Positions 44,988 through 54,204 of a stretch of DNA of 64,000 bases are shown here, in pieces. The translations under genes and the position numbers were made by a program. Positions within the stretch are counted from its first letter, which is position 1. Every line of letters begins with the position of its first letter. Origin of the DNA: Rhodothermaceae bacterium bin80 (lineage in GTDB: Bacteria; Bacteroidota; Rhodothermia; Rhodothermales; Bin80). The notes below the pieces were generated by a model that ran no database searches, had not been told where the DNA came from, and saw only the letters and a list, made by a program, of their open reading frames with translations. The stretch lies in assembly GCA_002238805.1 (NCBI GenBank), contig MPNB01000001.1, positions 71,957-135,956 on the forward strand. The letters run 5' to 3'.

Positions 44988-45699
44988 GAGGAGTTTGACC
45001 AGATTAGAATTCAGAGGTTCCTGGTTTGATAGAGTGATTCAACCCCCCACTGTCATGTTCACGTGTCGCCAGTCCTGTTCTCCAGCCTGTAAGATAGTCT
45101 CCATTATGTTCCGGCAAGCGCGCACTATTTGTGCATACATTCATGTACGCATTTTTGCAGATGCACGGCTATTGCGATCGCCATACTGGACAGTAAGGAT
45201 GGAACAGGCAAAACCACCATAGCGATGGGGATGTAGAGCCAAGGGGCCGGCGCGGTACTCGTATTCATTACATCCCCTATGTGGAAGAGCAAAGAGCTTT
45301 TGAAGCTTTTCATGCGAAACTAATTGAATATCAGGCACAGTTATCTGGCAGCGTAGACTGGAGCACTCTCGCGAATAAGGTGCAAATATGAGGGGGACAG
45401 CATTTTCTACGTTGCCTCAACTAGGATTTCGCTGCCAACAAGGGACTTGCCGTGCACAGATTTGGATATGTCAAACAGTTCCCCCGGAGACCTGGAAAGA
45501 CCCAGGATCAAACGGGTATGCACACCAATGCCGGTTGAGACGTATAAGGACGCTGCTCCGACCGGAGTTCAGGATCATCGAAGGCGGGCCCCGAGTAGGT
45601 GCCGGGCCGAAACATGTTCTAATCGAGCATCAAGGTCAGAGCGGTTCAGGTTTGGATCATGCAGATGATTCCCCGTATAGATTCAATTGTCGTTCGGTG

Positions 45700-46797
45700 A
45701 TGCCCCTCAATTGTGGTATTGTTGGACTGCCTAATGTTGGTAAGTCCACGCTCTTTAATGCGCTTAGCGGTGCAGGCGCTGTTGCTGCGAATTATCCATT
45801 TTGCACCATTGACCCCAATCGCGGGATTGTGCCAGTACCAGATGAGCGACTGAACCGACTGTTTGCTACGAACTCGTCTGCCCGGGTTGTTCCCACGACG
45901 ATAGAGTTTGTGGACATCGCAGGTTTAGTGGCTGGTGCCTCACGAGGAGAAGGCCTCGGGAATGCTTTTCTCGGACATATCCGGCAGGTAGATGCCATCG
46001 TGCATGTTGTGCGGTGTTTTGAGTCTGAGGGAATCACGCATGTGGCCGGTAAAGTAGACCCCGGGCGAGATATAGAAATCATCAACACAGAGCTGTTGCT
46101 GAAGGATCTGGAGACAGCGGAGCGCTTCACGGAAAAATGGCAGAAAGCAGCGAAAGGCGGGGATGCAGCGGCGGGGATGACGGCAGCATTGGGTGCGCGG
46201 CTAACGACTCATTTGGCCCAAGGGAAGGCGGCGCGGCTGCTGACAGAGCTCACCAGAGAAGAGCAGCGCTGCGTTGATGAAATGTTTTTGCTAAGCAGAC
46301 GCCCTGTTCTTTATGTTGCCAATGTGGGAGAGTCGGATTTACCCGAGGGGAACGCATGGGCCAAACAGGTCCGTGACATTGCCAACAGTGAACAGGCAGA
46401 ATGTTTAATTTTATGCGCAGAGTTTGAGGCGCAGTTAGCCGAGTTGGATGATGCTGAGAAAACAGCTTTCCTGGAAAGTGAAGGACTTTCGTCCGGTGGC
46501 CTGCAACGCCTGATTCAAGCGGCTTATAGGTTGCTGAATTTGATTACATTCTTTACACATGGGCCAAAAGAATCACGTGCATGGACGGTTGTGGCAGGAA
46601 CCTGTGCACCCCAGGCAGGAGGCCAGATACATAGTGACTTCGAGCGCGGATTTATTCGTGCAGAAACCGTACATGTAGAGGACTTTGTTCGTGTAGGCTC
46701 AGAAGCAGCGGCTCGAACCTCCGGCATCATGCGCTCGGAAGGTAAAGAATACGTAGTTCAGGATGGTGATGTTATTCTCTTTCGATTCAACGTATAG
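45700..46797 (+). CDS. ychF: Redox-regulated ATPase YchF
   Basis: GIVGLPNVGKSTLFN, NYPFCTI, DIAGLV, IHSDFERGFI, EGKEYVVQDGD. Confidence 0.97.
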   Translation: MPLNCGIVGLPNVGKSTLFNALSGAGAVAANYPFCTIDPNRGIVPVPDERLNRLFATNSSARVVPTTIEFVDIAGLVAGASRGEGLGNAFLGHIRQVDAIVHVVRCFESEGITHVAGKVDPGRDIEIINTELLLKDLETAERFTEKWQKAAKGGDAAAGMTAALGARLTTHLAQGKAARLLTELTREEQRCVDEMFLLSRRPVLYVANVGESDLPEGNAWAKQVRDIANSEQAECLILCAEFEAQLAELDDAEKTAFLESEGLSSGGLQRLIQAAYRLLNLITFFTHGPKESRAWTVVAGTCAPQAGGQIHSDFERGFIRAETVHVEDFVRVGSEAAARTSGIMRSEGKEYVVQDGDVILFRFNV

Positions 46798-47604
46798 ATG
46801 GAAAACGGATTGAAAATGCAGAAAGCAGTAGTTCTTGTTTTAAGTCTGTTCATTACCGTTACGGTTTGGGCGCAGGAGGACCCCGTCGCAGATTCGCTCG
46901 CCCAGAGAGTGTTTGAGGCCGCCGGAGGACCTGATGTGTGGTCGAGGGTGCCCTATCTGGCTTTCAGTTACGGCACAGAAGTGAATCGCCTGCCCGGTCG
47001 TGTGATTCGCCATCTGTGGAATCGAAAGACAAACCAGTACCGCTTGGAAACACCAGGACCGACGGGAGAACCCTACGTTATTCTCTTTGACGTGGATACG
47101 CGACAGGGAAAGGTTTATTGGGGTGGTGCAGAGGTCGGCAATAAAGAAACGGCAACACGGGTTGCAGATGCTTTCCAGCGGTTCGTAAATGAGACATTCT
47201 GGCTTTTGACACCATTGCGGCTGTTTGATGCAGGGGTTGAACGGGCATTCCTGCCTGATTCGTCTAATGAAGTCGTGGATGTACTACGCATCCGGTTCAC
47301 CTTACCGGATCGCGCACCGACAGACGAGGTGTATCTGTACGTTGCCCGCGAGACGGGGAGAATTGTTCAATGGAAGTATCGCACTCCTGCAGATGGGCCG
47401 GATGCACCACTCCGTGCATTTGAGTGGAGAGACTATACGCGTTACGTTACACCCGTTGGTGAACTGGTGCTGTCAACCCGCAAACGTGCGCTTGGGCTTC
47501 CGTATGAGGTTGTTACGCGCAGTATTCGGATGCCCCAGGAGGTTCCCGATGACTGGTTTACCACAGGAGAACCTAAACTGACGCCAGGGGCGGGGAGACA
47601 GTGA
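46798..47604 (+). CDS. Secreted hypothetical protein
   Basis: Signal peptide; AAGGPDVW...FVNETFWLLTPLRLFDAGV. Confidence 0.65.
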   Translation: MENGLKMQKAVVLVLSLFITVTVWAQEDPVADSLAQRVFEAAGGPDVWSRVPYLAFSYGTEVNRLPGRVIRHLWNRKTNQYRLETPGPTGEPYVILFDVDTRQGKVYWGGAEVGNKETATRVADAFQRFVNETFWLLTPLRLFDAGVERAFLPDSSNEVVDVLRIRFTLPDRAPTDEVYLYVARETGRIVQWKYRTPADGPDAPLRAFEWRDYTRYVTPVGELVLSTRKRALGLPYEVVTRSIRMPQEVPDDWFTTGEPKLTPGAGRQ

Positions 47605-48833
47605 TGGATTACCGGCTGTTCATCGCACGGCGGTACCTGAGCAGCCGGCAGCGTGTTCGTCTGATCACCGTGATCTCCGGTATCTCGGTCACCGGAGTGG
47701 CCGTGGGGGTTGCTGCGTTGATTGTGGTTCTCTCGGTCATGAATGGGTTCTATGATGTTGTACGTGATTTACTCGTTTCCCTGGATCCACATGTTCGTAT
47801 AGTTGCCGAGGCAGGGAGCGGGTTGCGACAAGTAGAGGCAAATGGAATAGTAGATCAATCTCTGCAGCTACCCCAGGTAATAAGTGCAGAGCCCTATGTC
47901 GAAGGCAAAGCACTCCTTGTACCAACCAGTCGAACAGAAGTCAATCGTGTTGTGATCGTACGGGGAGTAATGGGAAACACGGTAAGAGAGGGCATCGTGA
48001 TTGGGGAGTTCGATACCGCTGAACGAGGCTTGATTATGGGGCTCAGCCTTGGTCAGCGGCTGGGACTTTCTCCAGGGCCGGAAATCAGCCGGGTAACACT
48101 TTTTTCTGCGCAAGGATTGGGACTGATGCTTACCCGTGTGTTTTCGCCGCCGCCGATCCGCCCCTTTGATGTTCGTGGTCTGTACAAACTGGAAGAGACC
48201 TATGATAACACGCATGTGTTTATTGGGTTGGAGGAGGCCCAGCGCCTCTTTCACATGAGCGACGCAGTGACTGGAGTAGAACTGCGCCTCTCTCATCTGG
48301 AGCATGCCAGCGCAGTCAAGCGCAGCCTGGAAGCATTGTACCCGGATGAACTGAAGGTTCAAACCTGGTATGACCTTCAACAGTCCCTGTATGACGTAAT
48401 GCGTCTGGAAAAATGGGGTGCATCACTCATATTGATATTAATCAGCGTGGTCGCGGCCTTCAATATTGTGGGATCACTCTCTATGGTAGTTGTTGAGAAA
48501 AGGAGGGATGTAGGGGTTTTGCAGGCGATGGGAGCATCCGCTCGTGATATCCGCCGGATTTTTTTGATACAGGGCGGGTTGATTGGTGCGCTTGGTGCTG
48601 GATCTGGGTTCGTGATCGGGTTGGGGCTTGTGCTGGTGCAGAAGTACTTTGAGCTTGTACCGTTGCAGGGAGCGGAGTCATTTGTTATTGAGACCTATCC
48701 TGTTTCTATCCAGGCTCTGGACCTGATGCTGATAGCAACCGTATCTTTTGGCCTCTGCCTGCTGGCAGCGCTGTATCCAGCGTGGCGCGCTGCCCGGATT
48801 GAACCAGCGAGGGCGGTAGCCCAGGATCGTTAG
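47604..48833 (+). CDS. LolC/E (FtsX-like) ABC permease
   Basis: FIARRYL, VLSVMNGF, AAFNIVGSL, YPAWRAA. Confidence 0.9.
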   Translation: MDYRLFIARRYLSSRQRVRLITVISGISVTGVAVGVAALIVVLSVMNGFYDVVRDLLVSLDPHVRIVAEAGSGLRQVEANGIVDQSLQLPQVISAEPYVEGKALLVPTSRTEVNRVVIVRGVMGNTVREGIVIGEFDTAERGLIMGLSLGQRLGLSPGPEISRVTLFSAQGLGLMLTRVFSPPPIRPFDVRGLYKLEETYDNTHVFIGLEEAQRLFHMSDAVTGVELRLSHLEHASAVKRSLEALYPDELKVQTWYDLQQSLYDVMRLEKWGASLILILISVVAAFNIVGSLSMVVVEKRRDVGVLQAMGASARDIRRIFLIQGGLIGALGAGSGFVIGLGLVLVQKYFELVPLQGAESFVIETYPVSIQALDLMLIATVSFGLCLLAALYPAWRAARIEPARAVAQDR

Positions 48834-48892
48834 CGGGAACGTCTGGCGAACCTATACATAAAACCGGGCCGCCCAAAAGAGAAAAGGCAGTG

Positions 48893-49129
48893 ATGGCACG
48901 AAAAGATCGTCTAACCGGCAAGGGGCCCATGTCAGGCAATAATGTCTCACATGCGCACAATAAAACGCGTCGGCGCTTTGGGGTAAACTTGCAGACCAAA
49001 CGGTTCTTCCTACCGGAAGAAAAACGGTGGGTGACCTTAAGGGTCTCGGCAAGTACAATAAAAACCATCAACAAGAAAGGTGTTGAGGCGGTGTTGCGTG
49101 AAGCCCGTAAGCAGGGCATCCGCATTTAG
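48893..49129 (+). CDS. rpmB: 50S ribosomal protein L28
   Basis: [20 protein letters not shown]. Confidence 0.96.
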   Translation: MARKDRLTGKGPMSGNNVSHAHNKTRRRFGVNLQTKRFFLPEEKRWVTLRVSASTIKTINKKGVEAVLREARKQGIRI

Positions 49130-49146
49130 ATACAGAGATTGCGATA

Positions 49147-49320
49147 ATGGCACGAAAAGGAAAAGATGTTCGGCTCAATGTGATCCTCCAGTGTACGGAG
49201 GCGCCAGGCACGAGCCGGTACTCCACGGTAAAGAACCGGCGCAATACGTCGGGTCGACTGGAGCTCAAGAAATACAATCCTGTGTTGCGCAAACATACGT
49301 TGCACAAAGAAATCAAGTAG
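49147..49320 (+). CDS. rpmG: 50S ribosomal protein L33 (below ORF-track cutoff)
   Basis: Manual translation [57 protein letters not shown]. Confidence 0.95.
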   Translation: MARKGKDVRLNVILQCTEAPGTSRYSTVKNRRNTSGRLELKKYNPVLRKHTLHKEIK

Positions 49321-49322
49321 GG

Positions 49323-49493
49323 ATGGCCAAGAAGCAATCTTTCGGGGACAAGGTCCTCAAACGCCGTCAAAAGCGCGAAGTGATGGCCAAACTCATTATT
49401 GCGGAGAAAAAGCCGAACGGGAGTTTTCGCTTCAGGGAAAAAATGGTCCCTCAGCAGAACGTACAAGCGGAATTGAAAGCCGCTACCCGCTGA
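49323..49493 (+). CDS. DUF4295-like small basic protein
   Basis: MAKK..MAKLIIAEKKPNGSFRFREKMV, in the usual position after rpmG in FCB bacteria. Confidence 0.75.
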   Translation: MAKKQSFGDKVLKRRQKREVMAKLIIAEKKPNGSFRFREKMVPQQNVQAELKAATR

Positions 49494-49504
49494 ATGGCCC
49501 GATT

Positions 49505-49578
49505 CGGGGCGTAGCTCAGCCCGGTAGAGCGCTGCGTTTGGGACGCAGAAGTCGTCGGTTCAAATCCGGCCGCCCCGA
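49505..49578 (+). tRNA. tRNA-Pro(UGG)
   Basis: CGGGGCGTAGCTCAG..CTGCG-TT-TGG-GA-CGCAG..GTTCAAATC. Confidence 0.95.
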
Positions 49579-49611
49579 CTGGTGCGGATAAGTCAGTTCT
49601 ATTACATACAG

Positions 49612-49885
49612 GCGCTCGTAGCTCAATTGGATAGAGCAGCGGACTTCTGCAAAAAAGCGGGCCGCTGGCCGGAAACGGCTGGCGTGTAAGTGGTCAAATT
49701 CGGGGAAGCCTACGGAGCTTCTGCTTACGGTAATCCCGAGCCAAGCCCCAAGAGGGAAGGTGTAGAGACTAGACGGCCACCACCTTCGTTCAGTTACTGA
49801 AAAAGGTGAAGGGATAGTCCAGGGAGTCGGGAAACCGACACAAACCTGAATCCGCAGGTTGCAGGTTCGAGTCCTGCCGGGCGTG
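49612..49885 (+). tRNA. tRNA-Arg(UCU) interrupted by a group I intron (exons 49612-49648 and 49849-49885)
   Basis: Joining the exons restores the GCGGA-CT-TCT-AA-TCCGC anticodon arm, the T arm GCAGG-TTCGAGT-CCTGC and the acceptor stem. Confidence 0.92.
49649..49848 (+). ncRNA. Group I intron (IC3-like, 200 nt, no ORF)
   Basis: P1 with U.G at the 5' splice site; AAATTCGGGGAA (P), AATCCCGAGC (Q), GTAGAGACTA (R), GATAGTCC (S); GAAA-capped P2 and P9; terminal G. Confidence 0.93.
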
Positions 49886-49894
49886 CACACACAT

Positions 49895-49965
49895 GGTGAC
49901 GTGGCCGAGTGGCTAGGCAGAGGCCTGCAAAGCCTTGTACGGCGGTTCGAATCCGTCCGTCACCT
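49895..49965 (+). tRNA. tRNA-Cys(GCA)
   Basis: GGTGACGTGGCCGAGTGG..CT-GCA-AA..GTTCGAATCC, U73 discriminator. Confidence 0.94.
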
Positions 49966-49966
49966 C

Positions 49967-52174
49967 TCACAAAGGAGCCTGATCTCCATCAGAAAACACA
50001 AGGTCATGCTCCTCCGGTTTACGGTATTGCTCCAGATTTTCGAAGCGTGCGTAGTCCTTGATAAAGGAGAGCTTCACCGCCCCTGTCGGCCCATTCCGAT
50101 GTTTGCCGACGATGATTTCCGCAACACCGTCCGTTGACTCGTTGTTCTTGTCGAGATCAATTCCGTAGTAGGATGCACGGTAGATAAACGCAACGACATC
50201 GGCATCCTGTTCTATTGCACCGCTTTCCCGCAAATCAGACAATTGTGGTCGCTTATCCTTCCTGTCTTCGGCGTTCCGGTTCAGCTGGCTGAGTGCGATC
50301 ACAGGAATATCCAGCTCTTTTGCAAGCCCTTTGAGGGATCGGGAAATGTTCGCAATCTCCTGCTCACGATTGTCTTTTGATCGGCCTTGCATAAGCTGCA
50401 GGTAGTCAACCAATACAAGGCCGATATTGTGCTCGGATTTTAGACGTCGGCATTTGGCACGCAGCTCCAGCACTCCGAGGCCGGCAGTGTCATCAATAAA
50501 AATTCGTGTATGGGCAAAATTGTTTGCCGCCCGCACAATAGCATCAAAGTCGGTCTGGTGCAGCTTGCCGGTGCGTGCGTCCTGTGAGTTGACACGGGCC
50601 TCTGATGTCAGCAAACGCTGGGCCAGCTGTCGTCCACTCATCTCCATGGAGAAGATTGCACAACTCACTGGTTTTTCAGGATACATTGCTGCGTTACGTG
50701 CACAGGCTAACGCAAAGGCCGTGTTATGCACACAGACATCGGATGCCACAAAATTATGTGTTTCATCAATGGTTAGATCAAACACCGGCCGGAGGCCACG
50801 AGCTTCAATGTTCGTGATCTCGTCGTAAACGATCTGTTGATTTTTTTCACCCCATCGGCCTGACCCCATGGGGGTCACGGTCCAGGTTCCTGCCTCGTGC
50901 TGGACTCGGGCCAAAATGCCGAACCTCAGCAGCAGATGAGCCAGTTGTTGGGCGAGCCGCCGGGAGGATACATTGATCGCCTTTTTTATTGCAAGCAACT
51001 GATCAACAAAGCTCTTCAGACAGGCATGATCAAGTGCAAAGGCCCAGTCAGGCAGTTGCTGCAATCCCCGGGATTTCACAAGTGTTCCACGAGTGTCCGG
51101 CATTGGGCGCATCACGCGATGTGGGTACAGAATAGATGCAGCAAGTTGTGAGATATGAGTATCCGGAACTGTTTTGGCCCCAAATACCGGAAGCTCACTC
51201 GGAACAGCAATTGCACAGCCAGGTGCGAGTTCGTCCAAAGGCTGCCAGCCTCGGGGAGTGAGAAAGGGATGCGAGAGCGTCGTACTGACGGAGCGGCCAA
51301 GGTGAGTCGTGACCCGGTAGACGGGCTTGAGTCCATCATCTATGTACGCAGAGGGCGTAGTTATGGAAAAACGATGATCCTCCCCCAGAGTCAGTAAGCG
51401 CGCATTCTGTTGATCATACAGGTCAGTTATGCGGACCAGTCTCCCGTCAGACTGCAGGATCGGCGTGTCCGCGTCAACACATTTTCCCATAGAAGGACGT
51501 CCGGCAATGATTATCAGGTCCGAGTCCTGCCAGCCACCCGTCAACTTATCCAGTTCGCTGAAGCCGCTCGTTACACCAGTGAGCTGACCGTCATGTCCAG
51601 AGAGATTCTGGAGGTGATCAATGGTATCCCGCACAATGTCCGTAAGGTTTTTTGCCGAGCGTCGCACCTGACTCTCGGAGATTGTAAAAAGGTCTGTTTC
51701 AGTCTGGTCGAGAAGTTCGAAGGCATCGGTTGCTGGATCATATGCCTGAGTGATGCGCTTACTCATCGTTTCGATGACCTTTCGTAAAAGCGCTTTCTGG
51801 TTTAGGATACGCGCGTGATGCTCAGCATTTGCTGAAGTTGCAACGCGTTCTGTGAGCTCGTCCAGATAAGGGAATCCACCGACCATATCCAAATGTCGGG
51901 ATTTCTTCAACTGCTCCGCAACCGTAATGAGGTCCGTGGGCTGTCCCTTTTCAAAAAGATCGCAGATCGCCTGATAGATCCGCGCGTGTTTGGGCAGATA
52001 AAATGAGTCCGAAGGCAGGATTGCGGATGCGATGTTTACGGCCTCAGCATCAATCAGCATTGCGCCTAGGACATACTGCTCGACATCCACTGCCTGGGGT
52101 GGAACGCGCCCCGAGTAGTCCTGCAAATTCTGGACCAGTACCGGGCCTTGAGGTCGAGAGGCTTCGTATTGCAT
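49967..52174 (-). CDS. dnaB: Replicative DNA helicase with intein
   Basis: GRPSMGK|intein|TAFA, FSMEMS, DYLQLM, LSQLNR, DLRESGAIEQDAD, KHRNGPTG. Confidence 0.96.
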   Translation of the reverse strand: MQYEASRPQGPVLVQNLQDYSGRVPPQAVDVEQYVLGAMLIDAEAVNIASAILPSDSFYLPKHARIYQAICDLFEKGQPTDLITVAEQLKKSRHLDMVGGFPYLDELTERVATSANAEHHARILNQKALLRKVIETMSKRITQAYDPATDAFELLDQTETDLFTISESQVRRSAKNLTDIVRDTIDHLQNLSGHDGQLTGVTSGFSELDKLTGGWQDSDLIIIAGRPSMGKCVDADTPILQSDGRLVRITDLYDQQNARLLTLGEDHRFSITTPSAYIDDGLKPVYRVTTHLGRSVSTTLSHPFLTPRGWQPLDELAPGCAIAVPSELPVFGAKTVPDTHISQLAASILYPHRVMRPMPDTRGTLVKSRGLQQLPDWAFALDHACLKSFVDQLLAIKKAINVSSRRLAQQLAHLLLRFGILARVQHEAGTWTVTPMGSGRWGEKNQQIVYDEITNIEARGLRPVFDLTIDETHNFVASDVCVHNTAFALACARNAAMYPEKPVSCAIFSMEMSGRQLAQRLLTSEARVNSQDARTGKLHQTDFDAIVRAANNFAHTRIFIDDTAGLGVLELRAKCRRLKSEHNIGLVLVDYLQLMQGRSKDNREQEIANISRSLKGLAKELDIPVIALSQLNRNAEDRKDKRPQLSDLRESGAIEQDADVVAFIYRASYYGIDLDKNNESTDGVAEIIVGKHRNGPTGAVKLSFIKDYARFENLEQYRKPEEHDLVFSDGDQAPL
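50723..51481 (-). mobile_element. Intein (253 aa) in the DnaB P-loop
   Basis: Starts CVDADT, block B TLSHPFLT, ends VFDLTIDETHNFVASDVCVHN|T. Confidence 0.93.
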
Positions 52175-52186
52175 GGTAAGGGTAAA

Positions 52187-52891
52187 TTACTGAAGGGCCG
52201 GGCCTGTTATGTACAGTTTTTGCAATAGTTGCAGGTCTTCCCAGGCTGGCCGCTTCCAACGCTGATTACGCAGGAGGGCTGCCGGGTGGTACGTTACAAG
52301 CAGCGGGATGCCGTGATAATCGTGAACTTTTCCTCGAAGTGAACCTAATGTGCTCTTGGTGTTGAGCAATGTTTCTCCGGCAACCTTGCCTAGGCAAAGT
52401 ATGAAATCGGGCTGGATAAGTGCCATCTGTTTGTATAGCACCGGTAAGTGAGCCGCTATCTCCTGTGGTTCAGGATTCCGGTTACTCGGAGGTCTGGATT
52501 TCAAAATGTTTGCAATAAAGAGCTCTTCCCGGGATAGTTGGATGGCGGCAATCATCTTATCCAGAAGTTTTCCCGCCCTGCCGACAAAAGGTCGACCTAG
52601 GCGGTCTTCGTCAGCACCAGGCGCCTCTCCCACGAGCATGATCCGTGCCTGAGCACTGCCTTCGCCAAAGACAGCACTGGTGCGCATGGCGTCAATCGGA
52701 ACCAAGATAGATGTTTCCACATAATGTCGGAGATCTTCCAGGGACGAGAAAGCCCGTACGGGATGCTCCGTGGGGATCAGGTTTGTAATCTTCTGAGCAA
52801 AGCCTCTAGGAGGTTCAATCGGCACAAGAGGACCGTGCATTTCTGCCTCTGCATACAGACAGTCCCTCAGGCCGTGAAGTAACTCAACCAT
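52187..52891 (-). CDS. Uracil-DNA glycosylase, family 4
   Basis: GEAPGADED, PFVGRAG, RPPSNRNP, TYHPAALLR; start uncertain. Confidence 0.9.
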   Translation of the reverse strand: MVELLHGLRDCLYAEAEMHGPLVPIEPPRGFAQKITNLIPTEHPVRAFSSLEDLRHYVETSILVPIDAMRTSAVFGEGSAQARIMLVGEAPGADEDRLGRPFVGRAGKLLDKMIAAIQLSREELFIANILKSRPPSNRNPEPQEIAAHLPVLYKQMALIQPDFILCLGKVAGETLLNTKSTLGSLRGKVHDYHGIPLLVTYHPAALLRNQRWKRPAWEDLQLLQKLYITGPALQ

Positions 52892-52989
52892 GTTATGCAA
52901 AAATTGTGATGCAACCCGCGAGAGTTTAACCCGCCCAAGACAAAATTCTCGAAGAAAAGGGGCGAAGTTATCCGCCATATTTCAACAGA

Positions 52990-54204
52990 TTATGCACAAT
53001 CTGCTAAAACACGATCAAGGAGAGCCGTAGCAACCTCCTCCTTCGGCATTACAGATAAAGGGTAGGAGGAGCCGTCTTTTCCCAGGAGCGTCACTCGATT
53101 GGTCCCTGTACCAAACCCGGCACCGTCCTCGGTCAGGTTATTGAGCACAATCCAGTCCAGGGTTTTTTCAACTAGCTTGCGGCGGGCATTGGTCAGATCG
53201 TTTTCGGTTTCCATGGCGAACCCTACCAGGGTTTGATGTTCCTGGCGATGCTTTCCGAGTTCTGCGAGGATGTCGGTGGTGCGGCGCAGTTTGAGTACGA
53301 GTTGGTCGGCCTCTTTCTTAATCTTTGAGGTATGAAATTCAGCGGGCGTATAATCTGCTACAGCAGCGGCCATAAATACAAAGTCCGCGCTCTGATGAAC
53401 CAGAACGGCTTCGAGCATCTCCGCACTTGTGAGAACATCAACCCGGTGGACACGGTCTGGTGTCTTGAGCAAAGTCGGACCTGTGACCAGCGTAACACGG
53501 GCTCCGCGTCTGGCGAGATCTTTGGCAAGCGTGAATCCCATGGTCCCGGTCGAATGGTTGGAGACAACCCGGACAGGGTCTATTGGCTCATAGGTAGGCC
53601 CGGCAGTAACCAGAGCATGCTTGCCACGAAGTTCTCCGGGCAGGAGTTCAGCAAGACGTTCAAGGATATCCTCTACATCGGGGAGGCGCCCGATCCCCAC
53701 GAGGCCACTGGCCAACTCCCCGTAGCCAGGTTCCAACACCTTATAACCTAGTTCCTGTAGGGCGAGAATGTTTGTTTTTACGGCAGGATGCAGGTACATA
53801 TCATGATCCATTGCCGGGCACACAAGAACAGGGCAGCGAGCGGCCAATGCGGTTGCAGTCAGCATGTTGTCTGCAAACCCGTGAACCAGCTTTGCCACAG
53901 TTTGCGCAGTGGCCGGAGCGATAAGGAAAAGGTCTGCCCAATGCCCTAAGGTTATATGTTTGGTCCAGGCATCCTCGTCTCCACTGTCGGTGAGTTCTGT
54001 AAGCACGCGGTGGCCTGAAAGGGTCGACAGGGTTGTTTTTGTGATAAACTGAGCAGCATCCCGGGTTGTGATAACCTGCACTTCAGCACCAAGTTTACGT
54101 AAGGCCCGGGTGATCTCAGCGGCTTTGTACGCCGCGATGCTACCGCTCACCCCCAGGAGGAGGCGCTTACCCTGCAAGTCACCAATTCGACTGGACTCAC
54201 TCAT
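52990..54204 (-). CDS. coaBC: Bifunctional PPC decarboxylase / PPC synthetase
   Basis: GSIAAYKA, APATA, PAMDHDM, VTAGPTYE, AAVADY, VGFAMET. Confidence 0.96.
   Translation of the reverse strand: MSESSRIGDLQGKRLLLGVSGSIAAYKAAEITRALRKLGAEVQVITTRDAAQFITKTTLSTLSGHRVLTELTDSGDEDAWTKHITLGHWADLFLIAPATAQTVAKLVHGFADNMLTATALAARCPVLVCPAMDHDMYLHPAVKTNILALQELGYKVLEPGYGELASGLVGIGRLPDVEDILERLAELLPGELRGKHALVTAGPTYEPIDPVRVVSNHSTGTMGFTLAKDLARRGARVTLVTGPTLLKTPDRVHRVDVLTSAEMLEAVLVHQSADFVFMAAAVADYTPAEFHTSKIKKEADQLVLKLRRTTDILAELGKHRQEHQTLVGFAMETENDLTNARRKLVEKTLDWIVLNNLTEDGAGFGTGTNRVTLLGKDGSSYPLSVMPKEEVATALLDRVLADCA

Noticed and set aside
45141-45338. Fic-like motif (QYGDRNSRAS) on the minus strand
   Set aside because: No HPF motif; the opposite strand gives a better ParA Walker A match
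45388-45699. 104-aa N-terminal extension of YchF in the ORF track
   Set aside because: Homology starts at MPLNCGIVG (45700); the upstream part is island debris
49080-49322. 137-aa ORF spanning rpmB to the DUF4295-like gene
   Set aside because: It overlaps rpmG in another frame; only the last 56 aa are credible
49516-50137. ORFs over the tRNA cluster, as a possible intron-encoded homing endonuclease
   Set aside because: They are tRNA/intron shadows; the 200-nt intron is fully accounted for by structural elements
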